Positions 53,108 through 64,000 of a DNA stretch of 64,000 bases are shown here, piece after piece. The position numbers and the translations under genes were made by a program. Below the pieces are notes generated by a model, which was not told where the DNA came from, did no database searches, and saw only the letters and a program-made list of their open reading frames with translations. Within the stretch, counting starts at the first letter, position 1. Each line of letters begins with the position of its first letter. Source of the stretch: Ruditapes philippinarum (lineage: Eukaryota); NCBI RefSeq assembly GCF_026571515.1, contig NW_026859330.1, forward strand, positions 1 through 64,000, read 5' to 3'.

Positions 53108-53427
53108 CTGTACAATATCACAACACTAATTATTATTTAGTATTTACAACTTACAATTATGTTTTGGTTGGATGTAATTGGGATACATGTGACAGCCATC
53201 TTACCAAAATAATCAAACAAGAAACAAACAAAATACTGATGGCAAATGAAAATAAACAGGCTACAAACTAAATTATCACTTAATTGAGAAACAACATAAA
53301 CGACATCCAAGATTCAGAATTGCTGATTGTGTCTATACTCGCGTCAAATAAATTAAATTAATCTATATACATGTATATACAATATTTGTGTTCTGTTTAA
53401 TCACCAAAGTGTATTATGTATACTTAC

Positions 53428-53618
53428 CGTATGTAAAAGTCGTCGAATGCAATTAAATTTACAGAGAACCACGAAGTTGATACTACCTGTAGTTGGTACA
53501 GTGCGAATATAAGCATCTAATAAAAGTTTATGAAGATCTGTCACTTTGTAAATATTGTATAAAATTGCCTTGACATTTTCTTTTGAAACACTGTTAATAA
53601 GCCGAGAGCTTTCGTGTT
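53428..53618 (-). CDS. iGluR/IR-like exon 6 (EHESSRLI...NFVVLCKFNCIRRLLHT)
   Basis: CTACAG acceptor, GTAAGT donor, phase 1-0, open. Confidence 0.8.
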
Positions 53619-54145
53619 CTGTAGATGAGAAGAGAGCATGAAATAAACGTGACTAGCCGGTGCTAGGGAGCTTGCAGTAAACACTGCGGTCAATGAAGAC
53701 ACAATTAAGCAAAACCTGCAATATCTGAATATAACCGCGTTTGGCTAACTTCAATATTATTTAACTACGACTCGTTATGGTATTTTTTAAATTTTGTACT
53801 TGAGGAATTTTGTACTTAAGGAATGTTAAACACTTAAGAGTCGATACATTTTTTATGTATTTGAACTGCACAATTATCTATCTATATTCAATGAATGTCA
53901 AACCCCTCGCGGGGATCTAGATATAATGTACTATTATAAAGCACTTTTATTCATTCGACTCTTTTATGATATCAAAATGACTATAAATGCAATTAAATGA
54001 TAGTGAACAATCAATATTTTTACATTCTAATGTAAAATGCTGGCTCAATGGAAATTTATATTTTGCTACTCATTTCTTTGGGAAAAAATACTTAGGTTTA
54101 AAACAATCAACTAAATGCGCAAATTGATGTGATACTAATTTCTAC

Positions 54146-54236
54146 CAGTGTCGTCTTCATAAAATATAAACACTTCTGTCCACTTCAACAACCCGGCAAT
54201 GATTGTAGATAAAATACTTGATACGTGTAACTCTAC
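54146..54236 (-). CDS. iGluR/IR-like exon 5 (VELHVSS...LKWTEVFIFYEDDT)
   Basis: TTACAG acceptor, GTAGAA donor, phase 0-1, ATD motif W..V.I.Y. Confidence 0.8.
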
Positions 54237-55661
54237 CTGTAATAGCAAAAGCCAGGCTTATCTTACTCGTGTTTTATATATTAACGGCGCATTATGCTTA
54301 TAATATGATTAAATGTTTCGTTTATTGCCATACGTTTTATAACGTTAAAATAATGGTTAAAGAGCATGTTAGATGGGTATCATCTATACGAAATAGCGCT
54401 GAATGTGAAAGTATTTGTCATGAAAGAAGCAAAATGTAAACAAAGTAACATTTTGACTTCCATCAATATAACTGTACATCTGCCAAACAAAAACATAGGC
54501 AAAAGATGGTTCAGGTAATTCGCCAATCAGTAACCTTTAAGAAACTAAAGCAGGACATGAAAAATTAAAGCTTTTGAAAAATAAATTTTATTATGTTGCC
54601 TTTAACTGCTTAGGCATCGTTGTCATGAAAAATAAACATTAATGCATTTCTAGGACATAATTTGCCTTTAAAATTACGTTTTATTTCTTGAGTATAAAGG
54701 TGTTTTATAATTTTACCAAACGTGTGACAAGTTTTGAGTTAATAATTTTGTATACGTTAAATGAAAATCCACTTCAAATAGCACCAAATTGGACCATTTT
54801 TTATTTATCAAATTTATCTTATCATTCAATAATGAAACATTGAAGAGCGGCAAAATTGCCGTTTGTTTTAATAGATCATTTTTGTAACGAACTTTTTTTA
54901 TATAAGGAAAAAGGTGACTAATAAACATATACTATGGTCATCCTTGGGTAAAATATTGCAATCACTGAAACTTTTTTGTATTATGAAAATCTTGTTGAAT
55001 ATGTCTAATTCGATTAAAATAATTGATAATATAAGCATTCTATATTACAGGTCAAGGAAAGTTGGTCTTTTAAGAAATACTGCCAGATTTTTTAATGACA
55101 CTATATGATATTCATATTGCGACCACCTGTAGTTTGTAAAATCTTAAACACATGACTACTTTTTATGAAGTCAAACTATGTTTATTATATATTTAAGACG
55201 AGACTTTGTAACATTCATCATTATTTTGTAATATCAAATTTAAGCACTATATATCTTTAAGCTGAAAAATAATAGAACAAATTATGACTTCCTAATTAAT
55301 GTAATTAACTAAAAATGGTGCCTTGCCAATTTAATTTCATACATTGTAATACCCAATCAATATAATATTTGTTAAAGTATCTGAGTATCTATTTTAGATT
55401 GTATTAGTTGAAAATGTTTTGATTCGCTAAAAGGTTGTCGATATTTTTTTAAATGATTTATATTCACACATGTTTGCAAATGATTTCCATAAGTAAACAA
55501 AACCTGTATTTCTGTTAAAAACATAATTATTTTATTGAGTTCAAAGTTTAATATTAATTTAACAAGGTACTTTTAGTATCAAATATATTTGTGATAGGGA
55601 CATGCCTAATATTCCTTTTAGAGTAATTTAGATGTTAAATTTCTTTTTTTAATTTATTTAC

Positions 55662-55820
55662 CTGCTTTCTGAATCCGGTTGCTCCATTCATTGACGTTAG
55701 GATTTTAAACACTTCTGTGTTGCTCAGACAATATATCTCTTTTATATTTGTAGACTTTACCACGCCACACAATTCCTTTCCTTTGAAATCTGTATTGGTA
55801 TGTTTGTATACTAGAGATCT
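55662..55820 (-). CDS. iGluR/IR-like exon 4, tentative (RSLVYKH...GFRKQ)
   Basis: Pyrimidine tract with AAG acceptor, CAG|GTAAAT donor, 53 open codons, phase 0-0. It can be skipped without a frame change. Confidence 0.55.
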
Positions 55821-56482
55821 CTTACAAATAAAATGAAAAGAAAGTTGCTTAAACAACAATTTTGTTAATCTTTATAACATATCCTGACAACTTACTGTTA
55901 TGTACTAGTACCATTACTTCTCCGACGATATTGACAATGAAATGTTTCTTTAGACAATTTTAATCGAGTTCTTAAATTCCTGGAAGATTCATAAGTGATA
56001 CTTGATTATCAATCCCAAAGAACATAATACGAAATTTATATTTTTTTATAACAACCACTTGATAGATAAAACATTTCTTTATTTTTTCATGTCGGCAAAT
56101 GTGATTTTTTTGATAACTTTGGAACAATGCGAAATAAAATTTGACGAAACATTGCACGTATACTGCCGTCATTGCATTTTCTCGAACAAACCAAACATAC
56201 AACAATTTCAATTGTCCAGTCTACGCTTTATATACGGCATATTGTTACTTCTTATTTTATCAACATAGCATTTTACTGAGAAAAGTGATCTTTCTACGCC
56301 AAATAAATTATGACAATAAATATTAGCGAACTTTCTTTATCGTCAAACAATTTGATAATAATTCAGCATGATTAAATATATCTGAATAATATACACGCAA
56401 TCGTTATCAATAATTATGATAAATTGTATTACATTTAAATGACGTATTGTTTACAAATCAAATGAATGTAATGTTCTGTTAA

Positions 56483-56793
56483 ATTGACATTATGCTCATA
56501 CTTTCATAGTGAATTTCACCTGAAATGACTATATATTTCAAAAGATTGACTGTTAAAATGGTGATTGACCAACAGTTCATATTGAAAAATTATTAGAATA
56601 AAATCTAAATCTGCTTTATATGACTGTAAAAAGACTGCCCTTGTATTTACGAAAAGTTCGTTAGGATCCATGCGCTTTTTATTGTCTATGTGAAATGATT
56701 ATTTATATTAAGAGGAAATATAGCAAAATGAAAATTTATTTTGACTTTCACATAATCACCTATTTTATACCCTTGGATGGGCATAATGTCACT
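56483..56793. mobile_element. Kolobok-type MITE, same family as 35524-35803
   Basis: TTAA|ATTGACATTATGCTCAT ... ATGGGCATAATGTCACT|TTAA. Confidence 0.8.
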
Positions 56794-57250
56794 TTAAATA
56801 TTTAACGCGATTGTATCTATATAGTTACTGATTTGTTATCTCATTAGCAAATTGACTTAGTGTATGATCAATATAAAGCCCTACGGCGAGTCATCTTATC
56901 AGACAAACGTATACAATCTTCGGTTTAGCTAAAGGTACATGTATGAAAACTCGTTTAGAACAATCCATCGAATCGTCGGTTGAAACTATCCATAAATATA
57001 CAGCTGGTCCCTATTTTACATTTTTGTATCAAACACTTCCTTTCCAGATAAAAATGAGGGCGTAAATATTCTCATTTTGTTAAACAAGCGTAAAGAAGTA
57101 CACGATTCTATAAAAAAAAAGTCATTTATTATATTAGTATACTTGTTTCTATAAATGTACATCTGTTACATTATTGCTTTGTTTGTAAATGTGTTTACCA
57201 GACTACGTGTATATTGTACGATATACGTTTCAGGATACTTGATATTTTAC

Positions 57251-57381
57251 CTCATTTATATACTTGGGTGTACGTCCCCAGTGTATCAGTGGTACAGATG
57301 GCCTCAAACCGGAAGTTTTAACGTTTCCTTCATGCAAAACTATTATCACATCAACACCGTGCTTCTTGTCTAATTCATATA
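57251..57381 (-). CDS. iGluR/IR-like exon 3 (VYELDKKHGVDVIIVL...PLIHWG...NE)
   Basis: TTCCAG acceptor, GTAAAA donor, phase 1-0. GVDVII and PLI are ATD-like. Confidence 0.75.
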
Positions 57382-58622
57382 CTGGAATATAGATTTCATC
57401 AATCATAGATGAAGGTTTTATAGAGGTAAATTAAGAAATATATCATTGTTATTCATATTAATTATTCGTTTGTCAAATGTTCATTCACGTCAAACTCTAC
57501 AAAAAAATATATCTTTTGTAACTAATAACATAAAAACAATTAAAGTTAAAGAGTTGACATCCAGAGTGACTCAATATAATGATTGCCAAATATTGAGGGG
57601 GTTTTTTTTGTTTCATAATTCAGTTTGTTTTATTTTAGAAGAATATAACTCAATCTGTTCATTTCAGAAGAAAATAAGTATAATTATAACGAAATTAATA
57701 AACGTATAGTTTTTACAAATCCTTAATAATGCTTTTACAAAAAAAAGAACATTTCAGTAAGATTAGAAAAACACATACAGGTAAAAAATGGAATATAATA
57801 TTAGGCTCGACCTTGAATGAAAACAATGCTATTTTAGTCTGTTAAATCATTAAATAGGTCGTAGGCAAACACATGTATATACAACTTTTTACGTGTTTTT
57901 GTCATAATATAGTCAGTAAAAGTATGTGAGTCAACATTAAGAGAACAAAATCTATCAAGAGTTGCTGCGGCTCGAGAAATTGAGAATAATTAATGCTGGC
58001 TTAGTAATAACTGTTATTGAAGTTATGTTTTGAATCCCTATATCTTGTGAGTTTCTAATATAAACAACCTTTGTAAGTAACTATATTCAAATACGAATGT
58101 CATTTATGAAGTTATAAAGAGTTAATTGATAATATTTATGATTTGTTTATTTGAATTACTCTATTGCTCTACCCATTTACTCGAACAAAAATTGAACAGT
58201 GTTACGAGAAAACATCTTTTTAAGGACGGTGTTTTGTCGCAGTAATATAATGATCGCAAACGTCCTATCTCACAGAGAGGCATTAAGGATCTGTCCCTTA
58301 CTGACGTCGCATGTTTTTATATCAAGTGAATCTTTAATAACAAATGACATTTACACACGCGAAGGTTACAATTGTGGTACAGAAAAAAAAAATGTCACAA
58401 TAAAAATTCATTTATTAGAAAACCAATACTGATAGTAGGATTTAGCGATGAACTTAGAAGAAATAAACCTGATTTTTTTAGATTAAACTGCTTTCTCAAA
58501 ACTCAAGGTAATTGGCATGATCACACTTATTGCCTTCCGAGTGTTTTGTTGAGGTCCTACGCTTCAAATTGAATAATTACAATTGCTAAGTATGGAAACA
58601 AAAGTACAGAAGACCAACAAAC

Positions 58623-58742
58623 CAGCCTTAAACGTTTGATATTGTTCGTTTACATCAACAACGTATCTGTAAAATGTGAGGTTATACGAATAAAACATTT
58701 CTGTGTTCCTGTAAAACCCAGTCGTGCCTTCTTTAACAATGC
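58623..58742 (-). CDS. iGluR/IR-like exon 2 (GIVKEGTT...QTFKA)
   Basis: TTTGACAG acceptor, GTTTGT donor, phase 1-1, open. Confidence 0.7.
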
Positions 58743-58829
58743 CTGTCAAAATATATAATAAAGCATGTAAAATGTATGCTCATCTCCACCATTTATCATT
58801 ATGATACATATTACACCCGACAACTGCGT

Positions 58830-59218
58830 CTGTATCTGTAAATCTCTATTTTTTCTGTGACGAAATTAAGTTTATCACATAAACCGCGTAGCAGGAGTGT
58901 AATAAACCCATTTAATAAAAACGATATTACACTAGTGTAATAACACTTTGACGTGACGTCATTTGCGCTATATAGAAACATAGCGTTAAAGCGCGCTAAT
59001 GTTTGCGTTACACTTTGGGCGCGTCATTTAAAAATTACTAATTATAACAGTTTACTGTTCTTATTTTATATATGTGATAAATAAAATATTATATTCGTGT
59101 AGATTTAATACTAAATTTATTGAATTCGTTGAATAAAACAATATTATATAATATGATTTCATTCAACTCGTTCAATAAATTTAGTATGAAACTACACTCA
59201 TTCAATATCCTCTATTTA
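58830..59218. mobile_element. TIR-less palindromic element related to the distal part of the 6535-7836 insertion
   Basis: Shares GTTTATCACA..GCGCTAAT..GGCGCGTCA..TGTGATAAA..TTCGTGTA. Hairpin at 59108-59188. It ends AATATCCTCT, the reverse complement of the AGAGGATATT end of the 11326 element. Confidence 0.7.
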
Positions 59219-59751
59219 TTATATTACTATCTTTCATATATGCTTGAAAAAGTAAAATATTTCATATAATAATGAAACACTCAAACAAAGTTTGTAAATG
59301 ATTTTATCAATTTGAATGAACCTTTCATGTTCTTGGATGCTAGATGTAGCAATGTCCTTTCTATATACATTTTTGTTTATTTGTTTATCGATGAAATAGT
59401 TAAAGCAAACACTTAATTTAATTAAAAAAATCATTAAAGTATCATTATATTTTTTTATTAATTCACTATGACCAATAATCATGTTGTAATAGTTCATAAA
59501 TGTATCGCATGCGTTCATAAAGTATCGGATCCAAATACAACCACTTGAATTTTTCCTTTTATAATAATTCCATCAGACACGTAAAGGAAATTCTAAATTC
59601 GAAAGCTATTTTCATTTAAATAAATTTCAATAAATACGTTCGCCTGACATAAAATAAAACTGAAGTAACTGAACCTTAAAACGTTCATTTATTGTATTAT
59701 CAAATATGTAATATTTTTTTCTTATTTATTGACTTTAAAGATACCATTTAC

Positions 59752-59833
59752 CTAAATTTAGAAAAGATGCGTCAGTGCAAATAACTGATGAGTTCCATAA
59801 AAGCAGAACAACGAGTACTAATCCGTTCGTCAT
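59752..59833 (-). CDS. iGluR/IR-like exon 1 (signal peptide MTNGLVLVVLLLWNSSVICTDASFLNL)
   Basis: ATG, hydrophobic core and G|GTAAAT donor, phase 1. Confidence 0.75.
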
Positions 59834-60409
59834 GTTTCCTATTCGTATAATGACCACAATTTACCCCTTATAACAAAGAGAAATTGGTTCCAATGTAAGG
59901 AAAATTTAAATAGAGTAATGTTTAACAGTACACAAAGCGCCTCGGAGAGTAAAGTTATCAATGAAATATATCTTAAACGCCGTTTATTCATTTTCCCCAC
60001 TGGAATAGAACCGATACTTATTTCATTTTATATCAATTATTTGATGAAATTGTCTTATTGCAAGTGAACGTTATGAAAGTTGAATGAACTTTACACAAAT
60101 AGCAACAAATGTACTCCTATATTTCATATAAATACAGACAAGGTTCTATTTCTTAAAATGATATTAATATTTTAATTCTAACTAGCTAGGCTATTGCTAA
60201 TGCTATTGTCAAAGGAATTCAACCCTAAGTTACATCTTAGCGACAGCATGAAACATCATACAGTCAGGCATATTTTTGTTACAAAGAAACATAAACAAAT
60301 AAGGAAAATAGGTTTGTTTGATTTTCATAACTGTTAAACAAATATGTTGGTGTATTTAGGCCCAGTAGCTTTTAAAGTTGAAATAATTGAATCTTTTTAA
60401 CTAAATTAA

Positions 60410-60737
60410 CCCTTTCACTGCCATAGGGACGGCTTAAGCCGTCCCTGTTATTTTCGGCGTATTTGCCATATGGACGTCTTTAGCCGTTTCTATGATAATA
60501 ATAGTAATAATAATAATAAATAAATAATAATGATAATAAAAATAATAATAAATATAAAGAAAATTATACCATCGACAATAATTATTATTTTACTAACGGA
60601 TTTGAAACCATATATAATTATTATAATACTAATAACAAATAATAATAATTATATTAATTAATAATTTAGTAATTTCTTAGAAAATCCTCTGGCAAATAGG
60701 TGAACAATAAAACAATAACCCTCTGGCAGCGAAAGGG
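60410..60737. mobile_element. piggyBac-type MITE with internal (TAA)n, about 580 bp upstream of the receptor ATG
   Basis: TTAA|CCCTTTCACTGCCA ... TGGCAGCGAAAGGG|TTAA. Confidence 0.88.
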
Positions 60738-61749
60738 TTAATGTTTTGCGAATCCAAAGTTAATCACAAAATGTATATTTTAAACGTATGTCAATTTACA
60801 TCGTCGAATGCATAAATATTAAATGATGTAGACATTTTAAAAAGCGGTCAGAGGTGAAAACACAGGTTTAATTATGATACTTCCAGAATAAACGAGTTTT
60901 TAAAAGGTATTTTATAGTTTTATAGTTATTAAAATAAAGATTAACCATTACTTAAAAGACGTTTAGATTCATTATCATACATCGTTCAGCATTAAGATAA
61001 AGTACTGATTCAATAAATATGCTTTACTTACTTTTCAGGACACACACAGTTATTAATAATAAAAACTAAATGTGATTCATTGCAATCGGGCAAAAATCAT
61101 TGTCACAAAAGTGAGCTATTTCGTGTATATTTAAAGTCTGAGTAGAACATCTGTTTCGGCAAAAAAGCGAGTAAAAGCCAAAAATTAAATATGGCATTGA
61201 AATGTACGTCAAGTGGGATCACTAAGAAAGTCACTTCATTGTAAAGTGGGTGGCTTATTGCATACGTCACGTTGTAAGAGACGTTGTCCGGAAGGGTATT
61301 TTGAGCTCTGCGCTGCTGACATACGTTTTCAAACAACAGAGGACCGTTATGCACGAATGTTCTCTAACTTCAAGAATAGGTCGATTTCTAAGCATTTTGA
61401 TAGTAGATATGTATTTTACTTTGATATTGCATAAAAACAAGCTTGCGAATCAAACGAGAATGTAAGAGGGTGTGACATGCCAAAACTGTTGCGAACGCTT
61501 TGAACAAACATGAATATCGAAAGTAATAATTTCAAAACGAAATGTGCACGAATCTTCAAAGTAGTTTTCTATCATAATACATAGTTAAATGTATATACAG
61601 TTGAGATGAAAAATAAAAGTGGAAAAAAATTATTGAAAAAACTTCGTCTATTTCGAAGAAATCAGAAACGTACAATACTGTTTCATTACATGAAAAAGAG
61701 TCCCTTTAAATAATGAACAGGGAATTGTTTCTAGAAAAGGTCCAGTATA

Positions 61750-62071
61750 TTTTTTTAAATGCGTTTATTTAAGGTCGCCGCCGGTAAGCCCATATGGGCG
61801 ACCGTACACTCAAGTCGGGCCATCTTAGAGCGTCCCGCCGAGATTTTTTCGTCGATTTTTTCCAGCTTTATTGGTGGAGGAAGACCCCAGGTGCCCCTTC
61901 GGGCATTATTTCTGGCACGAGCGGGCACCTGGGTAGAACCACCGACCTTCCGTAAGCCAGCTGGATGGCTTCCTCACATGAAAGATTTCAACCCTAGTGA
62001 GGATCGAACCTACAGCGGTGAGGGACCTGTGATCTCAAGTCAGCGACCTTAACCACTCGGCCACGGAGGCC
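61750..62071 (-). mobile_element. Full-length tRNA-derived V-domain SINE (bivalve V-SINE-like)
   Basis: Minus strand: GGCCTCCGTGGCCGAGTGGTTAAGG (A box), GGTTCGATCC (B box), GAAGCCATCCAGCTGGCTTACGGAAGGTCGGTGGTTCTACCCAGG and an A-rich tail. TSD CCAGTATA at 61742-61749 and 62072-62079. Confidence 0.9.
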
Positions 62072-64000
62072 CCAGTATAAACACCCCTTTCGCCCTTTTG
62101 TACTTGGGATATATCAATGTATATGATATTACAGCATTACGGTTAACGATGGTCATTTCTTCTCAGAAAGTAAATCCCCCAATCGTGCTGCATTTTGCAG
62201 AAGATAGAAATAGAATCAGAGCGCAGCAGTTCGTGACTTTTGTATCAGCGTCATTAGACTCTTTGTTGAGATTTCGACTGTTAAAGGGACGTAATTGCCA
62301 TTTAAGTTAGATTATCAGGCTTTTCCCCTAGGAAGTTTGCAAGGCACAGGGGCACGTTTGTCGCAAAAGTGTGGCTGGGTCTGGGAGTAGCTGGGTAGGA
62401 CCCTCGTCCCACGTTCGAAAATTCTATGTTATTTTTATGTTTGCTTCATAAAAATCTACTGTATTTAAGACTTTTCTTAAACAAAAAGATAACAATATAT
62501 CATAATATTAAGAAAGCAACACAATCATTCTATAAACAACATACATTAACAGATCTTCACAGTCTCTCTTCATAGTCTTTCTTTACATTAGTGTGAACAT
62601 CAATGTAAAAACAAAACAATATGCTGACCCATTGAAATAAACAGGAATCTCATTAGGATTTTGAAAATAGATGTCCAGAGACTCCTATGCCAGCAAATGA
62701 AGTGGTCCCAAATAATGTTGATTATGTTTTAAAGCCATATTTGCTGCTGTGATGCTGTTTATGTATATGATAAAAAAAACAGAATAAGGATTGACGGAGT
62801 CAGAGTTTGATGTTTTCAAAAAATAAACGTATTTAGGAAATGGTACTATGTCCCAAATGGGAAACACTGTATCATAAAAATGTCATTCAAAAAATCTGAT
62901 ATATAATTTCTAATACCCTACATTGTCAGACCATTACGCTGTTTTCCTTTTGGTTCACTTCATATTCCACCACCCATAAATATGTGATAGTGTCAAATAT
63001 CTCCATCTTAACTTAAGTAAACAATATCTTAAGTAATTTTATTTTGAATGCTCTTACACACAATTTAATAATAACTAGATTCATTATTGCTACATCTTTT
63101 AATTATAAAAAGCGGCATCGCGAAATTTAATGCAAACCCATTCACAATTCTAATTGTTGTTGTCTAGTTGCTTTTGATTACATTCTAAATATTTTATATT
63201 ATTTAAAGATTGTTTTTCATCGGGTATTCAAGAGGTATTGAAAGCAAAAATTTTTAAATTTGTAATTTACGGCAAAATTAGCCGTTGTTGATGAGAAGTT
63301 TTGAAGCAAATTTCTTTGTGTCATCGGGAACTTATTATCAAACAAGTCATTGATATTGTTAGCTTCTTGCAATTTCATTCGAACATGAGTACTGACGGTA
63401 ACAAAATATGTTACGGACATCTTGCTTTTTATTCAGCCAGGATCGAAGACCGACCTAACCTATTACTTGCACCCAATAAACAATCTGTTAATATGTTTTA
63501 GACAACCACTGTGAAACACCGTAATTTGGGGTCAAACGTACTTAAGGGTTTTATTCCAAAGTGCGTTACGTACTTTGGAGTCCAACCCAAAGGTGCGTCA
63601 GGCACTTTGTTGTCACCCCAAAGTGCGTTACACAGGTACATATGCATGTTTTGATATCAGACACAAGTTAAAGGAAACAAAAATGCTTTCGTTCTCAAAT
63701 ATTATCTAGACTAAGTCCAGACGATAGAAATAATCTGCATTATCTCTAAATATATAAAATTTTAACATAATTTTTTAGATAATTTTCTTTTAAGAGAATA
63801 CTCTGTAACAATGATAATCATCCTTACGGAGACTTATCCAATTCAAGCGTTCGATTGCAGGCAGAAAACTACAAAACTTCTTATTATTTTCTTCTAAAAT
63901 CAAATTCCTTGTAACAAAATATAATCAAATTTATAAGGCTTCCTTAATCATTAAAGAAACAAAGTAACGATGTTTAGCATTTAACTAAAAGTGTATTCAT

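Larger units (their letters stand above)
43534..59833 (-). pseudogene. Ionotropic glutamate receptor / ionotropic receptor (IR)-like gene, 16 exons, about 810 codons, disabled as assembled (frameshift plus premature TAG)
   Basis: All introns are GT-AG with compatible phases. Motifs: signal peptide, W..VFIFYEDD, FPNTKFGYNGR, PFV..YGGICMNLLKELA..LNFT, FNGMIGQL, ERELVMDF, LWYMYGTLFAQG, TYCGNLIAFLTV, ESGLIEEWKRRWW and M4. Lesions at about 49250 and 45054-45056. Confidence 0.9.

Noticed and set aside
61990-62071. tRNA gene
   Set aside because: It is the tRNA-derived head of a SINE, followed by a V-domain body, tail and TSD. The 97-aa ORF over it is spurious.
63505-63640. Short repeated CCAAAGTGCGTTAC motifs
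   Set aside because: Probably a MITE end, but no second terminus or TSD could be identified.

Overview
Very AT-rich eukaryotic genomic DNA. The SINE, Helentron-like and LINE types present suggest a bivalve mollusc (inference). The window has two parts separated by a 130-N gap (34411-34540). (1) Positions 1 to about 34060 are a complex macrosatellite: roughly 20 diverged monomers of about 1.1-1.3 kb, each built from three related modules. In the first ~21 kb the monomers form a five-variant higher-order repeat of about 6.6-7.6 kb, present about three times. At least 12 TE insertions interrupt the array, and many have boundaries and TSDs readable against empty sister copies. (2) Positions 43534-59833 on the minus strand hold a 16-exon, about 810-codon ionotropic glutamate receptor / IR-like gene that I assembled by hand from phase-compatible GT-AG exons. 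It has a signal peptide, an ATD-like region and S1-M1-P-M3-S2-M4. As assembled it is disabled by a frameshift near 49250 and an in-frame TAG at 45054-45056. Introns and flanks hold SINEs, MITEs, a Helentron-like element, a foldback-like element and palindromic elements. The most unusual observations are the hierarchical satellite, two unrelated TA-flanked MITEs each carrying convergent tRNA-like A/B-box cassettes, and a CTCG-bulged hairpin shared by otherwise unrelated TIR-less elements. Almost all entries in the supplied ORF track are spurious. No database search was possible, so family names are from recall of motifs.
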